NCBI GenBank assembly: GCA_965202585.1
Contig: OZ241834.1
Span: 13,826,001-13,890,000 of the forward strand
Length of the DNA: 64,000 bases
Direction of reading: 5' to 3'
Source: Thalia democratica
Lineage: Eukaryota
Below are positions 46,306-58,647 of the stretch, piece by piece. Position numbers and translations under genes: made by a program. Each line of letters starts with the position of its first letter. The first letter of the stretch is position 1. The notes below the pieces were generated by a model. That model worked only from the letters and a program-made list of their open reading frames with translations. It searched no databases and was not told the DNA's origin.

Positions 46306-47565
46306 ACATTTTTCTTACTTTCTTTAAAAAGCAAACAAGAAAGAAAAAAAATTGTGAACGCTCACAACTAAGGTCAATGGATTGGTGTGGAGAAAGACCT
46401 TTCGGTCATCGAGCTGCACACCATTTACTTGTAACTAATTCTTTGAGCTAACTTAAAACAATAATGAAAAAATAAAAACAATAACTTAAAAAGTAACTGT
46501 AAATACAATTTTTTTTTTTTTTTTAAAGTTTAAAAATGGTAAGCACCCTTTTTTCACCCATTACTGCCAATATTGACCATGGAAACCATAGTCTACCATG
46601 GGCTCCACACCGTCTCCTCCCCTAGATTTCTATTTTTATGATCATGTACATTCACATTTTTCTTGTTGCCCTTTCTACAAGAGCAACCACAAAAAATGCA
46701 ACAGATATCTCAAAATTGAATAAATGGGGAGAGTTAGTAATGTCAGTATACATAAAATATTTAGTAATGTCATAAAACTGAAAGAGCGCCATGTATTTTA
46801 AAATAGTGTCTTTAAATTTGTAGTATATGTGTTTGTAGGTAAATAAAAATAAAGCAAAAAAAAATTGTTTAACTGTTCTATAGATTTGTAAACAATTCAG
46901 ATTTAAACAATAAAATCTAGCACTAATAATTGATAGAATTTGTTTAAACTACTTAAAATAAAATCACTCCTAACAATAAACAGCTAAATTTAAAAAACAA
47001 AATAATAAAACTTAACAAATATTGTGAAAAAAATAAAGTAATAATAAAAGTATTTAATTGAGTTAAATAAACTGTTTGTAAACCTAAAACTAATTTTTAA
47101 CAAATAACATTAAATAACCAGAATGTCTAAAAAATATCAAATTTTTACTTCTAAATTTAAAATCTCTATCTGCTGAAACAAATTGACAATTAATATATAG
47201 TAAACAAAAAACTACAAAAAAAAATTAAAAAAGAAAAATTATACATCTACTTGTTTAATCACACTGTCAATGAGGGCAAAACAATACTATTAAATTTTAT
47301 GTACAAGAAACAAATTAAAAAAGTATATATAAAAAATAAAATATTAAAAATAATAAAACCAACCTATACCAATCCAGCTCTACCTTCACCCAGTTTATAA
47401 GACCAACAGCAATCAGCCCAAAAAAAAAGTTTAAGACAAACACGAATACAAAGATATAAGTTTAACTATTGGTAAAGATTATGCTTGATATTTTTCTGAT
47501 TGTCTTTTAAGTAAGTTTCATCTCATTCCATATTAAAATGCTCCAGGATATCTCTGATCTATTAA

Positions 47566-48160
47566 GGGCATAGGGATTTTTGAGATATAGCCGGTCAAAG
47601 TCGGAGGTAACAATAAGATTCTTATGGGAGGCGCAAACTAAAACAGCAAATAACTAGAAATCACTAAAAATCTATCTCCTCCTACGCTTTTTGAGATTAC
47701 TACCTCAAGTTTTCAGGAAAGGTTCCTTGCAGTATTTAGAAAATTCTGTCGGACCAGAATTTGAAAAAATAAAAAAATAAAAATTTTATAACAAAAAAAC
47801 AAAAAAAAAAGGTTTTTTTTTGTTTATTTTTATATAAAATTTTAATTTTTTATTTTTTTCAAAATTTCTCCCGACAGAATTTTTTAAATATATCAAGGAA
47901 CATTTCCTGAAAGTTTGAGGTAGTTATCTCAAAAAACGTAGGAGAAGATAGATTTTTAGTAAAATAGTCTACTTTTGCCGTTTTAGTTTGTGCCTCCCAT
48001 AAGGAACCTATTGTTGGCTCCGACTTTGAACGGCTATATCTCAAAAATTATTTTGAATTTTTTTAATCTGTAAAAAGCATCTTGTAGCTTAGTAAAAACT
48101 ATATGAAATAAGATCAAAAACCAAAAAAGGGTGTTTACCCCCCCCCCCCCATCTATGCCC
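47566..48160. mobile_element. Kolobok-like fold-back MITE with long internal inverted arms
   Basis: GGGCATAG / CTATGCCC ends; about 47580-47810 is an imperfect inverted repeat of about 47815-48050. Confidence 0.75.
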
Positions 48161-48559
48161 TTGTCGCTAACCTGGGTTTCTACTTATACACTTTCGGGGC
48201 CTAATTTATTACGCAACGTGCACTCTAACTTGTATAGTAGATGCCCCAAGATAACGCTTAAATTATAGTCAACTTAAATAAACTAACATGAATTACTTAC
48301 TATTTACTAAAGGTTTAATAAATCAGTTACTTATACTAATTTAAACTTAGTTCGAATCTGTGATAATGATTATATTTACAATGAATTTGCGAAACAAAAA
48401 GATGATAAAATACTGCACAACATTACACTAATAAACCAAATTATCAATTCTTTTAAAAGACGACAATACTCGAATAAAAGAAACTAAAAACTAAATGTTT
48501 AAACCAAACTCAAAAAGTGTTCTAAAATCGAAATCTACTCGACAACAAGATTGAAACCA

Positions 48560-49330
48560 TTAAAACTTTAGTGCAGCGAAAAGCTGCACTGACTTCAGTC
48601 TGCTGCAATGCAGTAGAAACTAAAAGAACTCTAAATTACTCGAGATTGTTGAATTTATACTCGCTTGAGAAAAAAGAAGAAAGTAAAAAAGAGACAATTA
48701 CCACGTAAGCGGCACACCCTTAAGTTTCTAGGCAATTCTTCCCATAGTTTAGAACCAAGGTAAGATAATGTTTTAAGACCAAAGAGACTTTTTACTCTGG
48801 GAAAAAAATAGTTTGTTTCGGCAAATCTTGTTAGATGATTATGCATTTTATTAACGCTTGTAAAGTAAGGCTTAAAATTAACTGGCGAAGTATATTTTTT
48901 AAATTTGTGCATAAAAACTCCTACCTCATACTTTAACATATTTTTAGCATTTAATATTTTCTTTTCAATTTTTTTACTTGTAACACTTTCATTCCAACCT
49001 TTAGAATGAATGCATCTTAATGCTCTATTAATGAGTTTATCGATCTCAGTAGTTTTAGTTTTACTTGCCCTACCCCAACACAACAAACCAAATCTTACAT
49101 GACTCATCAGAAGAGAATCAAAGATGTAGTATAAGGAATTTTGATTAAAAAGTACCTTGTTTTGTATAAAATACCTATTGTCTTCAATAGCTTTGTTTTT
49201 ACTGCTTCAATATGGTCAGACCAATTGAGGTTACTATCAATTGTAAAACCAAGATACTTATATTTTTCTACCTTTAATATGGATGTATTACCTATTTTTA
49301 TTTGTAAACTTGTGTTTTTCCAAACTTAAT
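48560..49330 (-). mobile_element. CR1/L2-group LINE 3' RT fragment
   Basis: EKYKYLGFTIDSNLNWSDHI; SHVRFGLLCWG...LSYLGSKLWEELP. Confidence 0.85.
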
Positions 49331-49463
49331 TAAAACTCCGAGACAATCCTACGACCGGTTTCACAAATTGTCATTTTTTCAACTTTACCCACAAACGGTC
49401 GCTTCAGTACTTAGTACTTAAGCCTGCTTGTTTAAGATCACAATAGCGGTTTCTTGCGACTAT

Positions 49464-49506
49464 TCCTGCCTGATGAGTCCTAATAAGGATGAAACCGGTT
49501 GTAGGA
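49464..49506 (+). ncRNA. Canonical type I hammerhead ribozyme with palindromic stem III
   Basis: TCCTGC-CTGATGA-GTCC taataa GGAT-GAAA-CCGG-TT-GTAGGA; all stems pair. Confidence 0.85.
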
Positions 49507-49758
49507 TTGTCTCGGATGCTGTTGTTGTTATATAGTTAAGTAATGATTTTTTTTATATTTACAATTCAAAGTACAGTTTTAATTGCACGTTAATAAAAGT
49601 CAGCTAAGTTTTCACTATATCATGTGTATTTATAACTTTTTACATTATTTAAACAATAGCTTTGTGTATTAGATTAAAAAATCTAAGGCTGTTGTATTTA
49701 ATAATTAGTAAGTTAAAGTTTAGTCTGAGTTTATTTGTAACTAAATGAAAATTTTTAG

Positions 49759-50730
49759 TTCCAAAAGAAAGTTTATATTTTTGATGCCTTTAATACCAAA
49801 TCACAAGAAGAAAGCAAAGGAAAAGAAATTATAGATAACATTAAGTTAGTACATTTTCAGCGATAGTTATAGAAAGTCGTTTTTAACTTTTACCGCTTCT
49901 AGTAACAATAAGTATAAGATAACATTTAATTTAATTGTTATTAAAATAGGCGACAAGTTAAAAGGGATACTGAGTTATTACAGAAAGTGAGTGAACTTAA
50001 AGCTGTAGGAATAGACCACAACTTACAATCAGACAGCACTAGCTGCGGACTACATGTCATTGAGGTAAGAACGACAATAAATTATTTTTTATTGTTCTTA
50101 GAAAATAAAAGTTTTCCTTCTAATATTAATCTTCAGGCTGCAGAGCAAATACTCTCAAGTTTTCCGCTTTTACCAGAAGAAATAGTACTAAAAACAGGGG
50201 GGGACAAGAACTATTAAAAACGATTAGACGTGGCGACAAAGTTGATAAGGGATGGAGGTGAAACTAATTGTTACAAAACTTTCTAAGATAAAAAAAGTAA
50301 CACTTATATAAATTATATAACTAATAAGACTACATGTTTTATATAAGAAAATAGTTTTAAAATATAACTAAAACTTTCTCTACAGTTGTAAATACGAATG
50401 CTTGCAGCATTTGCAAGTATTTTCACCCTGTTAGAAGGCAAGCTGAAAAAATTGGAAAAAACAAAAAAGTTAAATGGGTTAGATTAATTGATTGTATCAA
50501 ATGTATGTTAATATTCCAAAGACTAGTACTAAATAAAGTTAAAACTAATAAATTAACTATATAGTTAACCAATTAAAATCATTCATTTTCAGTTAGGATG
50601 CCATAACTGCAATAAGTGGTATCACATATGTTGCCTGGACATGACAGAGGAAGAATACGATCGGCTAGAAAACAGAGAATACTTTTGTAGTTTTTGTGAC
50701 TATATAGCGCCAAATGAAATTGAAGAATAA
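49759..50730 (+). pseudogene. Spliced remnant encoding a Ulp1/SENP-like protease C-terminus plus a PHD finger (probably transposon cargo)
   Basis: Phase-consistent exons 49759-49844, 49950-50064, 50137 to about 50296 and 50593-50730: KKVYIFDAF, QSDSTSCG, CHNCNKWYHICC...FCSFC. In-frame TAA at 50215-50217. Confidence 0.7.
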
Positions 50731-51099
50731 ACCGTTAAATGTGATATTGTTTGTTTATATTATAAAAATTGACATTACTGTAAAAAAGCAATGAAATAGA
50801 AAACTATCATAAAACTAAACAAACAAAAATTTAAAAATTTTATGTCAAAGAGTTAGTTATATATTAAATATGCTTTGTACTAGGTAAAATAATAATATAT
50901 GTAATAGGTATAATGATAGTATAGGTCAAAAGAACAGTGTTACGTTTTGGTTAGACGTTATATTTAATAGTAATTTTGGGGTACTTAACCACTTGTACGA
51001 AAATGGTCAAATGACCAATTTTATTGACACCTATTGGGGACAAGACCTAATAGTACACAAGTAAAAAGTTTCAACGTTCTAAGTAAAGGTATAGTATGT

Positions 51100-52100
51100 T
51101 AAAATATTAGAAGACCTGTGCACTGAAATTTCAAAATTTTGAATTCCAAATTTCGTAGTAACTTCTTGTTCATTTGTTAACTTGTTTCTGTAAACTTTAT
51201 ATTCTTTTACTTGGTGCATGTTACTAAAGTTATTTCTGCATAATATTTTGTAAAGGTTGTTTTTAGGCCTAATAGATTTAAGAATACCTTTTGTAATCTA
51301 GGGTTTTGACTTGAGTTTTAATTGAGATTTTGAAAGTTTTTCCATAGGAATATTTTTATCACTTATCTCTTTGATTTTATCTATAAAGCATTCAATCTTT
51401 GAATGTATTGAGTCTTTAGAGTTGATAATTTTATATATTTCAATTTATTAAGAATTTTAGAAGTATCAATCATTAGTTTTTGAGTATTAATTTTAGAAAA
51501 ATCTAGGCAAAATTTAATTTTAGAATTATTTTACTTTCGTTATAACATTTTACTTTTAAATAGAGTGGGAAATGATCAGAAATATCTGATAAAAGTACAT
51601 TTGAGTCTAGAATTTTTTGCGGGTTGGAGTAGTAAAAATGATCAATCAATGTCCCTCCCAGTTGACAAACAAAATAAAACTGACAGTTTAAACATTACAA
51701 TTTAGAAAAATCATTACACTGATTAGCAAATTCATTTCAAGGTTATAAAAATATAAGCTGTTTAAGAATACTACAATTTTGAAATATCTAACTGGCAGAC
51801 ATACTTACAGTTACACTGGTAAAAGTTGTAAACAAACAAGTTATAACCATTATACTAATATAATACATTAATTCTTAAAAAATCACCGAATACATCACCA
51901 GTATAGTAAAAAAACTATAAAAATAATCTTATCAGGGAGATATTGAAATAATTCCAATTGACAGTCAAAAACATATAAATAATACTGAAATTCTATTTAA
52001 AAATATAGCTAAAAAATCAAACTTTATATGAATAACTAACATAAAAGAGATAATACGGCTAAATAAACATTTTGTAATAAACAATAAGAAAATTACCAAC
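51100..52100 (-). mobile_element. Highly degraded LINE AP-endonuclease fragment
   Basis: IDHFY...SNVLLSDISDHFPLY endonuclease C-terminal motif near 51570-51660. Confidence 0.5.
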
Positions 52101-52289
52101 ATCAGTTGTTTATAAATTTTTTGGTTTTAAGTAAAAAGTTTAGACATAAACTACCTTTTAAGAAAAAAAATACTAGTTAATTTCATTTAGCGTATAATCA
52201 AATAAGCTTACTAAAAACTGATAAGAGTATGGTGTAAATTTAGTTATATTTTATTATTTTTAAAAGTATAGCTAAGATAGTTACGTCAT

Positions 52290-52570
52290 AAACAACGTCT
52301 CCAACGTTTCCACGTCAGGCGAGAACAGCATGTAACGAAAAAGCTAAACAGATTTTTTTTAATGACGACGTTAAACAAAAACGTGAACAATCATCCATTC
52401 ATGAACACCTCCTCAATAATCCTAGTTGTGCTAAGAACTACCTATAACAGTAGAATTAAAATTCTATCCAGAGCGAGAAACTCTTACCATCTCTCAGTTC
52501 TAGAAGTATTGTTCATTATAACTTGCGAGCCGATAGTTTGTAAACGACGAGATTTCATAAAATATATTAT
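52290..52570 (+). mobile_element. Penelope GIY-YIG C-terminal fragment (second family)
   Basis: SSIHEHLLNNPSCAKNY ... KILSRARNSYHLSVLEVLFI..EP. Confidence 0.65.
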
Positions 52571-52829
52571 TTATACTGTTTATTGAAAGACAAAAAACGC
52601 TCAAATGGTTTGGTTCAAGGACCTGGTGTACAAAAAAACTTTTCGGTTATCGAGTTGTACACCATCTTTAATTTAATTAAGTTAGCTTTTCAGTAAGAAA
52701 TACTATTATAAAACAATTAAAACTGTTATAAATTTTTGGTAAAAAAATTATTCACTGAAAGTTTTATAATAACAATATAGATGATATCCTTTCAAACTTT
52801 GTTTAATAAAACACTCAAATGGAATTTTA

Positions 52830-53830
52830 AATTACGTCATAACGTACTTATGTTTAAATTTTAAACTTCCGTTTTAGTGTTTTGTTTTTTACTTTATTTT
52901 GAACTTGTTTTGCGGTTAAGGAATGCGTAGGCACGAAACTTGAGTACTGCAAGTTTTACGTCTAGTAATAAACTTGTTATATATAATATGAGACTTTAAA
53001 AGTGTTATATTTCTGTATGTCAAACATGAAAAAACTTTCAATGGCACACAATCGAAAGATGTTAGACACGCAGGACAAAGAGAGGCGAATGTGTGACTGT
53101 AAAAAACAAGAATGCTCGGTAAATGGAAGTTGCCTAATGGAAAATTTTATATATAAAGCGACTGTCATAACTGAAAACCAGACCAAGTTTTATGTTGGCT
53201 CTACTGGACTATCGTACAAGAATCGCTACACAAAACACAAGTTCAGCATCAAACATGAAAAACATAAAAATGCGACAACTTTATTACAGTATGATTGGAA
53301 ACTAAAAAATAACACAGTCAATTTTAAAATTTACTGGGAAATATTAACAAGAACGAATACTAATACAGTTTAAAAATTGATGTAAACTAATCAATGCGAA
53401 AAAAATCGAAATTTTAAACGTTAAAAAATAAGAATCTCTAGACAAAATGAATTAATTACAAACTGGCTGTCTACATTACCAAAAACAATATATATACTAA
53501 CTCTCTGATTAGTTTTGTCTGAAATCAACTAACTATTCTATTGTTACGTAACAACTATTCTTTTATAATTTTATTACTGTATTTACAAGCTTTTCATTGA
53601 ATAAAATACTTGGCTGAAGACGCGTATTGTCGATAATTGTCAATTGGTAAATTAATTTTTGCACAAGCCGTTTTGCATGATTTTTGATAGCTTCAAAATT
53701 ACGTCATAATCTATTCATGCTTAATTTTTTAACTTTCATTTGTGTGTTTCGTTTTGTGCTTTATTTTAAACTTGTTTTGAAGTTGATGAGTGCATAAGCA
53801 CGAAACTTGAGTCCTTCAAGTATTACATCT
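52830..53830 (+). mobile_element. Short Penelope element: GIY-YIG fragment between two pLTR direct repeats
   Basis: CDC..C..NGSCL..NFIYKATV...FYVGST; repeats at about 52830-52975 and 53700-53840; hammerhead-like core at 53777-53819 (TTGATGA-GTGC ataa GCAC-GAAA..GTC). Confidence 0.8.
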
Positions 53831-55618
53831 TGAAATAAACCTTTTTATTAAAAAAGCCCTTGAAGTGGGCTCCGTGTGAAAGATTTAATTTATTAAGTTA
53901 TTCAAATTATTTATATATTGAATTTATATGATACGTCACAATGTTTATTTTTGTAACTTAAAAAAAAAATTGTCGATAAAACTTAATTTTTGATTTTAGG
54001 ATACGTTTAAAGCGTTGAAACAGTTGTAAGCATTTTTAAGAAAAGTTTTTTTATAAATAGTTATTTCTGCAGTTTGCTTAGAGAAAGTTTGACATTTGTA
54101 AGTTAAAACAACAATTCCTTTTTTTAGTTTTATCTACTTTTTAACTTTAAAAAAATTAAAAAAATAATTATAGACAAACTAAAGATACAAAACACTCCTT
54201 TTTATTTACAAAATCACGACTTAGTTGTAAAATCGAGAAAGCGATCACAACTTTGTTGTTCAATTTAAGATAAGTTTTAAATTTACTATTTTTTAGTTTT
54301 TGTATTTACCTTTACTATTCTCAACTTATGAAGTCAGTAAAATTAATTAGAAAGTAAAGTCAAATAATGCATTTTGTTTCATGTTTTTATAACTTAAAAG
54401 TTAAGCGTTATAATTGGAAAAAACGTCCGTACGCTTTGTATAATATGGGAATATAATTTGAAATTTTTTATTTTAAACATGAGTCTTTTTCTTTTAAACC
54501 TGTTTAACTAATTTAAACTAACAATTTATAAACAGAAATATTTAAAACCGTTTTATTTTATCTATGATAAAATCTGTGTATGAATAACATTTTGTGTTGT
54601 TAGTTTTAGCTGAGTCTTTTAATTAAAATAAACATTTTATTTGCTAAGCATGGTTGTTGTTTGTCTTAACTATACATTTTTGTCTTTGTTAATATTCTTT
54701 ATTTTTCAAAATGAATATCTAAAAATTTTTGTGACTGTTTAGTTTTGTTTTAATTTGACATAGTTTTTCACATTTTAAGTTTTAGTTTATGTTCATGTTT
54801 TTTCGTTTTCATAAGCAGTTTGGTAATTTTCTGTTATATCGTTTTTTTAAACCGTTGTTAAAGCTCGTTTTGTGATTAGGTGTCTATATTTGAATTATAG
54901 ACTAATTGACACACTTTTTTTATTTTGTATTGTCTCTTTTTATAGAATATTTGTTAAAAAGATTGTTTATTTAACAGCTTAAGAGAAAATGAATTGGCTC
55001 AATTCTGCGAATAAAGATTCTTTGTTTTTTTTTCTTAGGATTAAGTTGTTTTAGAATTAGTTGTTGTAATTAAATATTTGGCTTTAGTTTTCTATTAAAA
55101 AGAACAATATTTTAATGGTTTTCTTTTGAATACTTTATGGTAAGATAAGTTTTGTTGAATTAGTAGTTGATTAGTTTTATAAAAATTTTCTTTCATTTTT
55201 GGCCACCATTAGTGAAAGTATATTGTAGGTCATTTTTAAAGGTATATTATAGGTCAAAGTATATTGTTTTTTTTTAGTATTTATGTTGGTTGTTTATTTT
55301 TTATGACATATGTGGTTAGCAGATTTTATATCAGCTCGATAGTCTTGCTTTATGGGGTAAAAATATTTTTTGTTACTGCAAAGTTTTTAGCTTTTAATGA
55401 ATCTTATGGGTAATAGCTTCAAGATTTGTCGGGTGGTTTCATTGGTTTTTTATAGAGAAAACGTTGAAAATTAACTTTCTAAACTGTAAATGTATATTTT
55501 TATTAAAAAGCAGTTCTAGTTTTATAAAACGTTTGTACTAATTATTTCTGCTTCTACCGTTGTTTTGAAGCAACTTTCAACAGAATTTTTTATTTGTGTT
55601 TTTTTTTGTCCAGTCCAG

Positions 55619-56117
55619 TGTAACGATAGCTGCATACATCGTTCTGAAGAGAGTATAAAAAACGCAAAAAAAACGCGAAAACGGTATAAAAATCACCGCG
55701 AGAGAGATCAAGCGTGGTAGTTGAGTCGTTGTAGTCGTGGTAGCCGTGGTGTGGTTGCGTTTGCGTTAATATTAGTTGGCATTAGTTTGTTTTCTCGTAG
55801 GAGTAGGCGTACGTGTTTATTTTTCGAGCACTTCTTTTGATTATGTTTAAGACGTACTTTTGAGTCGTTTACTAAGCATTATTTTGTTATTGGGCATTGA
55901 TTCATACTCTTGCTAATATTCTTAATTCTCATTTAGCGAGTCACATAGTCTCTTTTCCAAGATCGTTGAATTTTACATTGTACAATAAACGTTTAAAGTT
56001 AATTCATATTCGTTTACTAACTAGAATTTAATCTAGTTAAGCTTAACTTATATATCTAGCATTTATTTATAGGCTAGATTATATTAGACTTTCTGTAGAA
56101 TACGTTTAATTGTAACA
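55619..56117 (+). mobile_element. Putative LTR of an unrelated family (about 499 bp)
   Basis: TGTAAC...GTAACA termini, TATAAA and AATAAA, CpG-rich; no TSD and no clear PBS. Confidence 0.4.
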
Positions 56118-58314
56118 TACTCTCACTAACACGATTAGTAGCACTAATTTGAGTATGAGCACTAGCAGCAAGAAATCCATACCTGTGTCAGTATACAACT
56201 GCTCGAGGTTAGTTACAGATGCTGAAGAAGGTATAGACGCTGATTACCACAAACCAACTATAAACCCTGAGCCAATTAAGATAAGATAAGAGAAGATATT
56301 GTAAGAGGTGAGGGTTATACCAGTAATGGTTTTATTCTTACAACCTACACCTTTTCAGTCATTTATGTAACTAAGATATCACGCCACAAAATTACTTTTA
56401 ATTTTCAACATTGCTTCTGCGCTTCTTGGTTACTTAATTTGTATGACTACAAAACCGTCGCCTCTGTTAAATACCAATTCTTCATGATTTACCATAGGAC
56501 ATTAATATTGGAAAAATAATTGCGCAATTAAATTTTTAAATGAAGCGAAAAAAAGTCAAAAAATATTTTTATAATACTCTTAAAAAAAATAATATTCAAA
56601 TTTTAGTTAATTTTTAAGTTCTTTTAATGTTAAAGTCTAGAAAAGCTTAAATAAGTAAATCTTCTAGAATTGTTACTTTGATAATTTTAAACCACAGCCA
56701 GAAGTTCTACTTTTACAATGCAATATCATATCAGAACTCAGAAGCGTTTAGTTACAGTCACCATTCTATTGTGTTTACACTTCCCGTTTAGCTGGCATTT
56801 TTTATTCAAAAATTGTTGTGTTGAAAGTGTATAACTTAATTAAAAATATTAACTTATAAAAACTTTGTTACTATCTAGGTATTAATGAACATATTTTTTT
56901 TTAATTAAGAATAAAAAAACACTTGAAAATACCGATAAAAATGTATTAAAATTCAAAAAAAATAAAACAAAGAACAGTGTAGTATACATCTAAATTCTTA
57001 CGATAAAATTAAATTAAAAAAGTTGTAAAAATCCCTTAGTAGAACTTACACATCAAAAAAACGAACAGTATAATTTACATTAACAAAGTTTGTAGTTGAT
57101 TCAAAAAAAGTCTAGAAGGAAATGTTTTAAAAAAATTAACAAAATTTAAATATATTTTCAAGTATAAGTGTTCAAAAAGTTTTGTCTAGGACCTGGTGTA
57201 CGAAAAACCTTTAATTTATCGATTCATTTACGTATACTGTTTAATGTCTTGTCCAAGACCGTAGATGCTTTAGAAACCTAACTTATAATAATAGCTTGCT
57301 TATGATGTTTGGCAAACACTTTTAGTAGTTGATAAATATTTCTAAACATATTTAAAGTTATAAAAAACTAAGTATAACTTTTCATCATTTTAACCAACAA
57401 CAGCTTTCATTTTTGCTGAATTAGCCATATTGTAAAAAAAATGATCGTAATTTCTATCGTTTGCACTTTTGGGTTTTGTTCAAAGTGCGAACTTAAGAAG
57501 AAGGTGACTATTTCTTTGTTATAGAACTATTGACTGTATGGCTTAAATAATAGATGTTGTATAATATAATAGTTTTTTTTAATAAATAAGATACCTAAAA
57601 TCCAAGCAAAATTATTCAATCATGTAATGATTTATTAAAGGAAAAATCATTTTGTAAACTTTTGAAATTATAAACAAAGCCATACATAAATAGATATCAT
57701 TTAGTGAAAATATTAAAAATACCAACATGACTTTTTTAAATTTCATTAAAACATTTTTAGTTTAAAACGTTTAGCTATATTTTTATCGTATCTAATAAAG
57801 CACTATAAAAATAAAACTGTTGGCTGCTTTTCATAGTTGTAACTTATAACAGTTGTTGAAATTTTGATTTTGTTATTGAAATAAAAACATTACAGTATAC
57901 TAAGTTAAATTTATATGCTTTTTAAAAATAACTAGAAGAAACTAAATTATTTTTGCTATCAGCAATTGATTTGTAAAACCCTACAATTAAGGTTAAAAAG
58001 AGAACAAGCTTACTTAAAATCCTATCGTTAGTTGAAAAATAAATTAAGTTTCAAAAAAACAAATCCTTATTTTTTAGAATATATAAAATAGCTAAAAGCC
58101 TGAAATATATTACGATTGCAAAGCGTTTTAAAAAGATTACTTTAGTCTTTAAGTTTGCATATTTTGTTCATAAGAAAATACCATAAAAACCTGATGTTTT
58201 TAGTTTTTATTTACTGATAAGGTTACGCAGTTTTTTTTTTAATTTATTTTATTTATGCATCTTTAAATTACATTTAGAGTTAGTTATTATGTTTCAAAAG
58301 CCTTTCTGTTCTTT

Positions 58315-58647
58315 CTAACACGGTGCCATGTCTTTATAAATGTGGCCAACAACGTTTGAAGCTTGTCCAAGCTCCTTTTCAAGACAGCAAACCTGTCCTA
58401 GTACTTCATTAAGGTAATGAAGTTTTCTTTTCAGTTCTCTATTAGTAGTGTCGTGCTGTTTCAGAATTGAGTCTTCTACTTTCTGGCTGATCTGGTCGAT
58501 CATGCAATGCATTCTAGTTCTAAATTCTTCAATCATCTGCTTGTCAGCGTCCCTTTTTTTTTCTAAGTTATCCATCAAATGCTGCACATGCTGCATAACT
58601 GCAGTCCTCGTAGCATTTTCGCTTTCATTGGTACATTTGTCCGACAT
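58315..58647 (-). CDS. SYCE2: Synaptonemal complex central element protein 2 homologue, 110 aa, single coding exon
   Basis: Aligns without gaps to the recalled SYCE2 helical core: QHLMDNLEKKRDADKQMIEEFR...LEKELGQASNVVGHIYKDM vs QELIENINKSRQKDHALMTNFR...LETELKQVCHSVETVYKDL. An in-frame stop lies upstream of the ATG. Confidence 0.82.
   Translation of the reverse strand: MSDKCTNESENATRTAVMQHVQHLMDNLEKKRDADKQMIEEFRTRMHCMIDQISQKVEDSILKQHDTTNRELKRKLHYLNEVLGQVCCLEKELGQASNVVGHIYKDMAPC

Noticed and set aside
54300-55560. Possible decayed LINE ORF1/endonuclease junction on the minus strand
   Set aside because: Only faint motifs among many stops; cannot be assigned.
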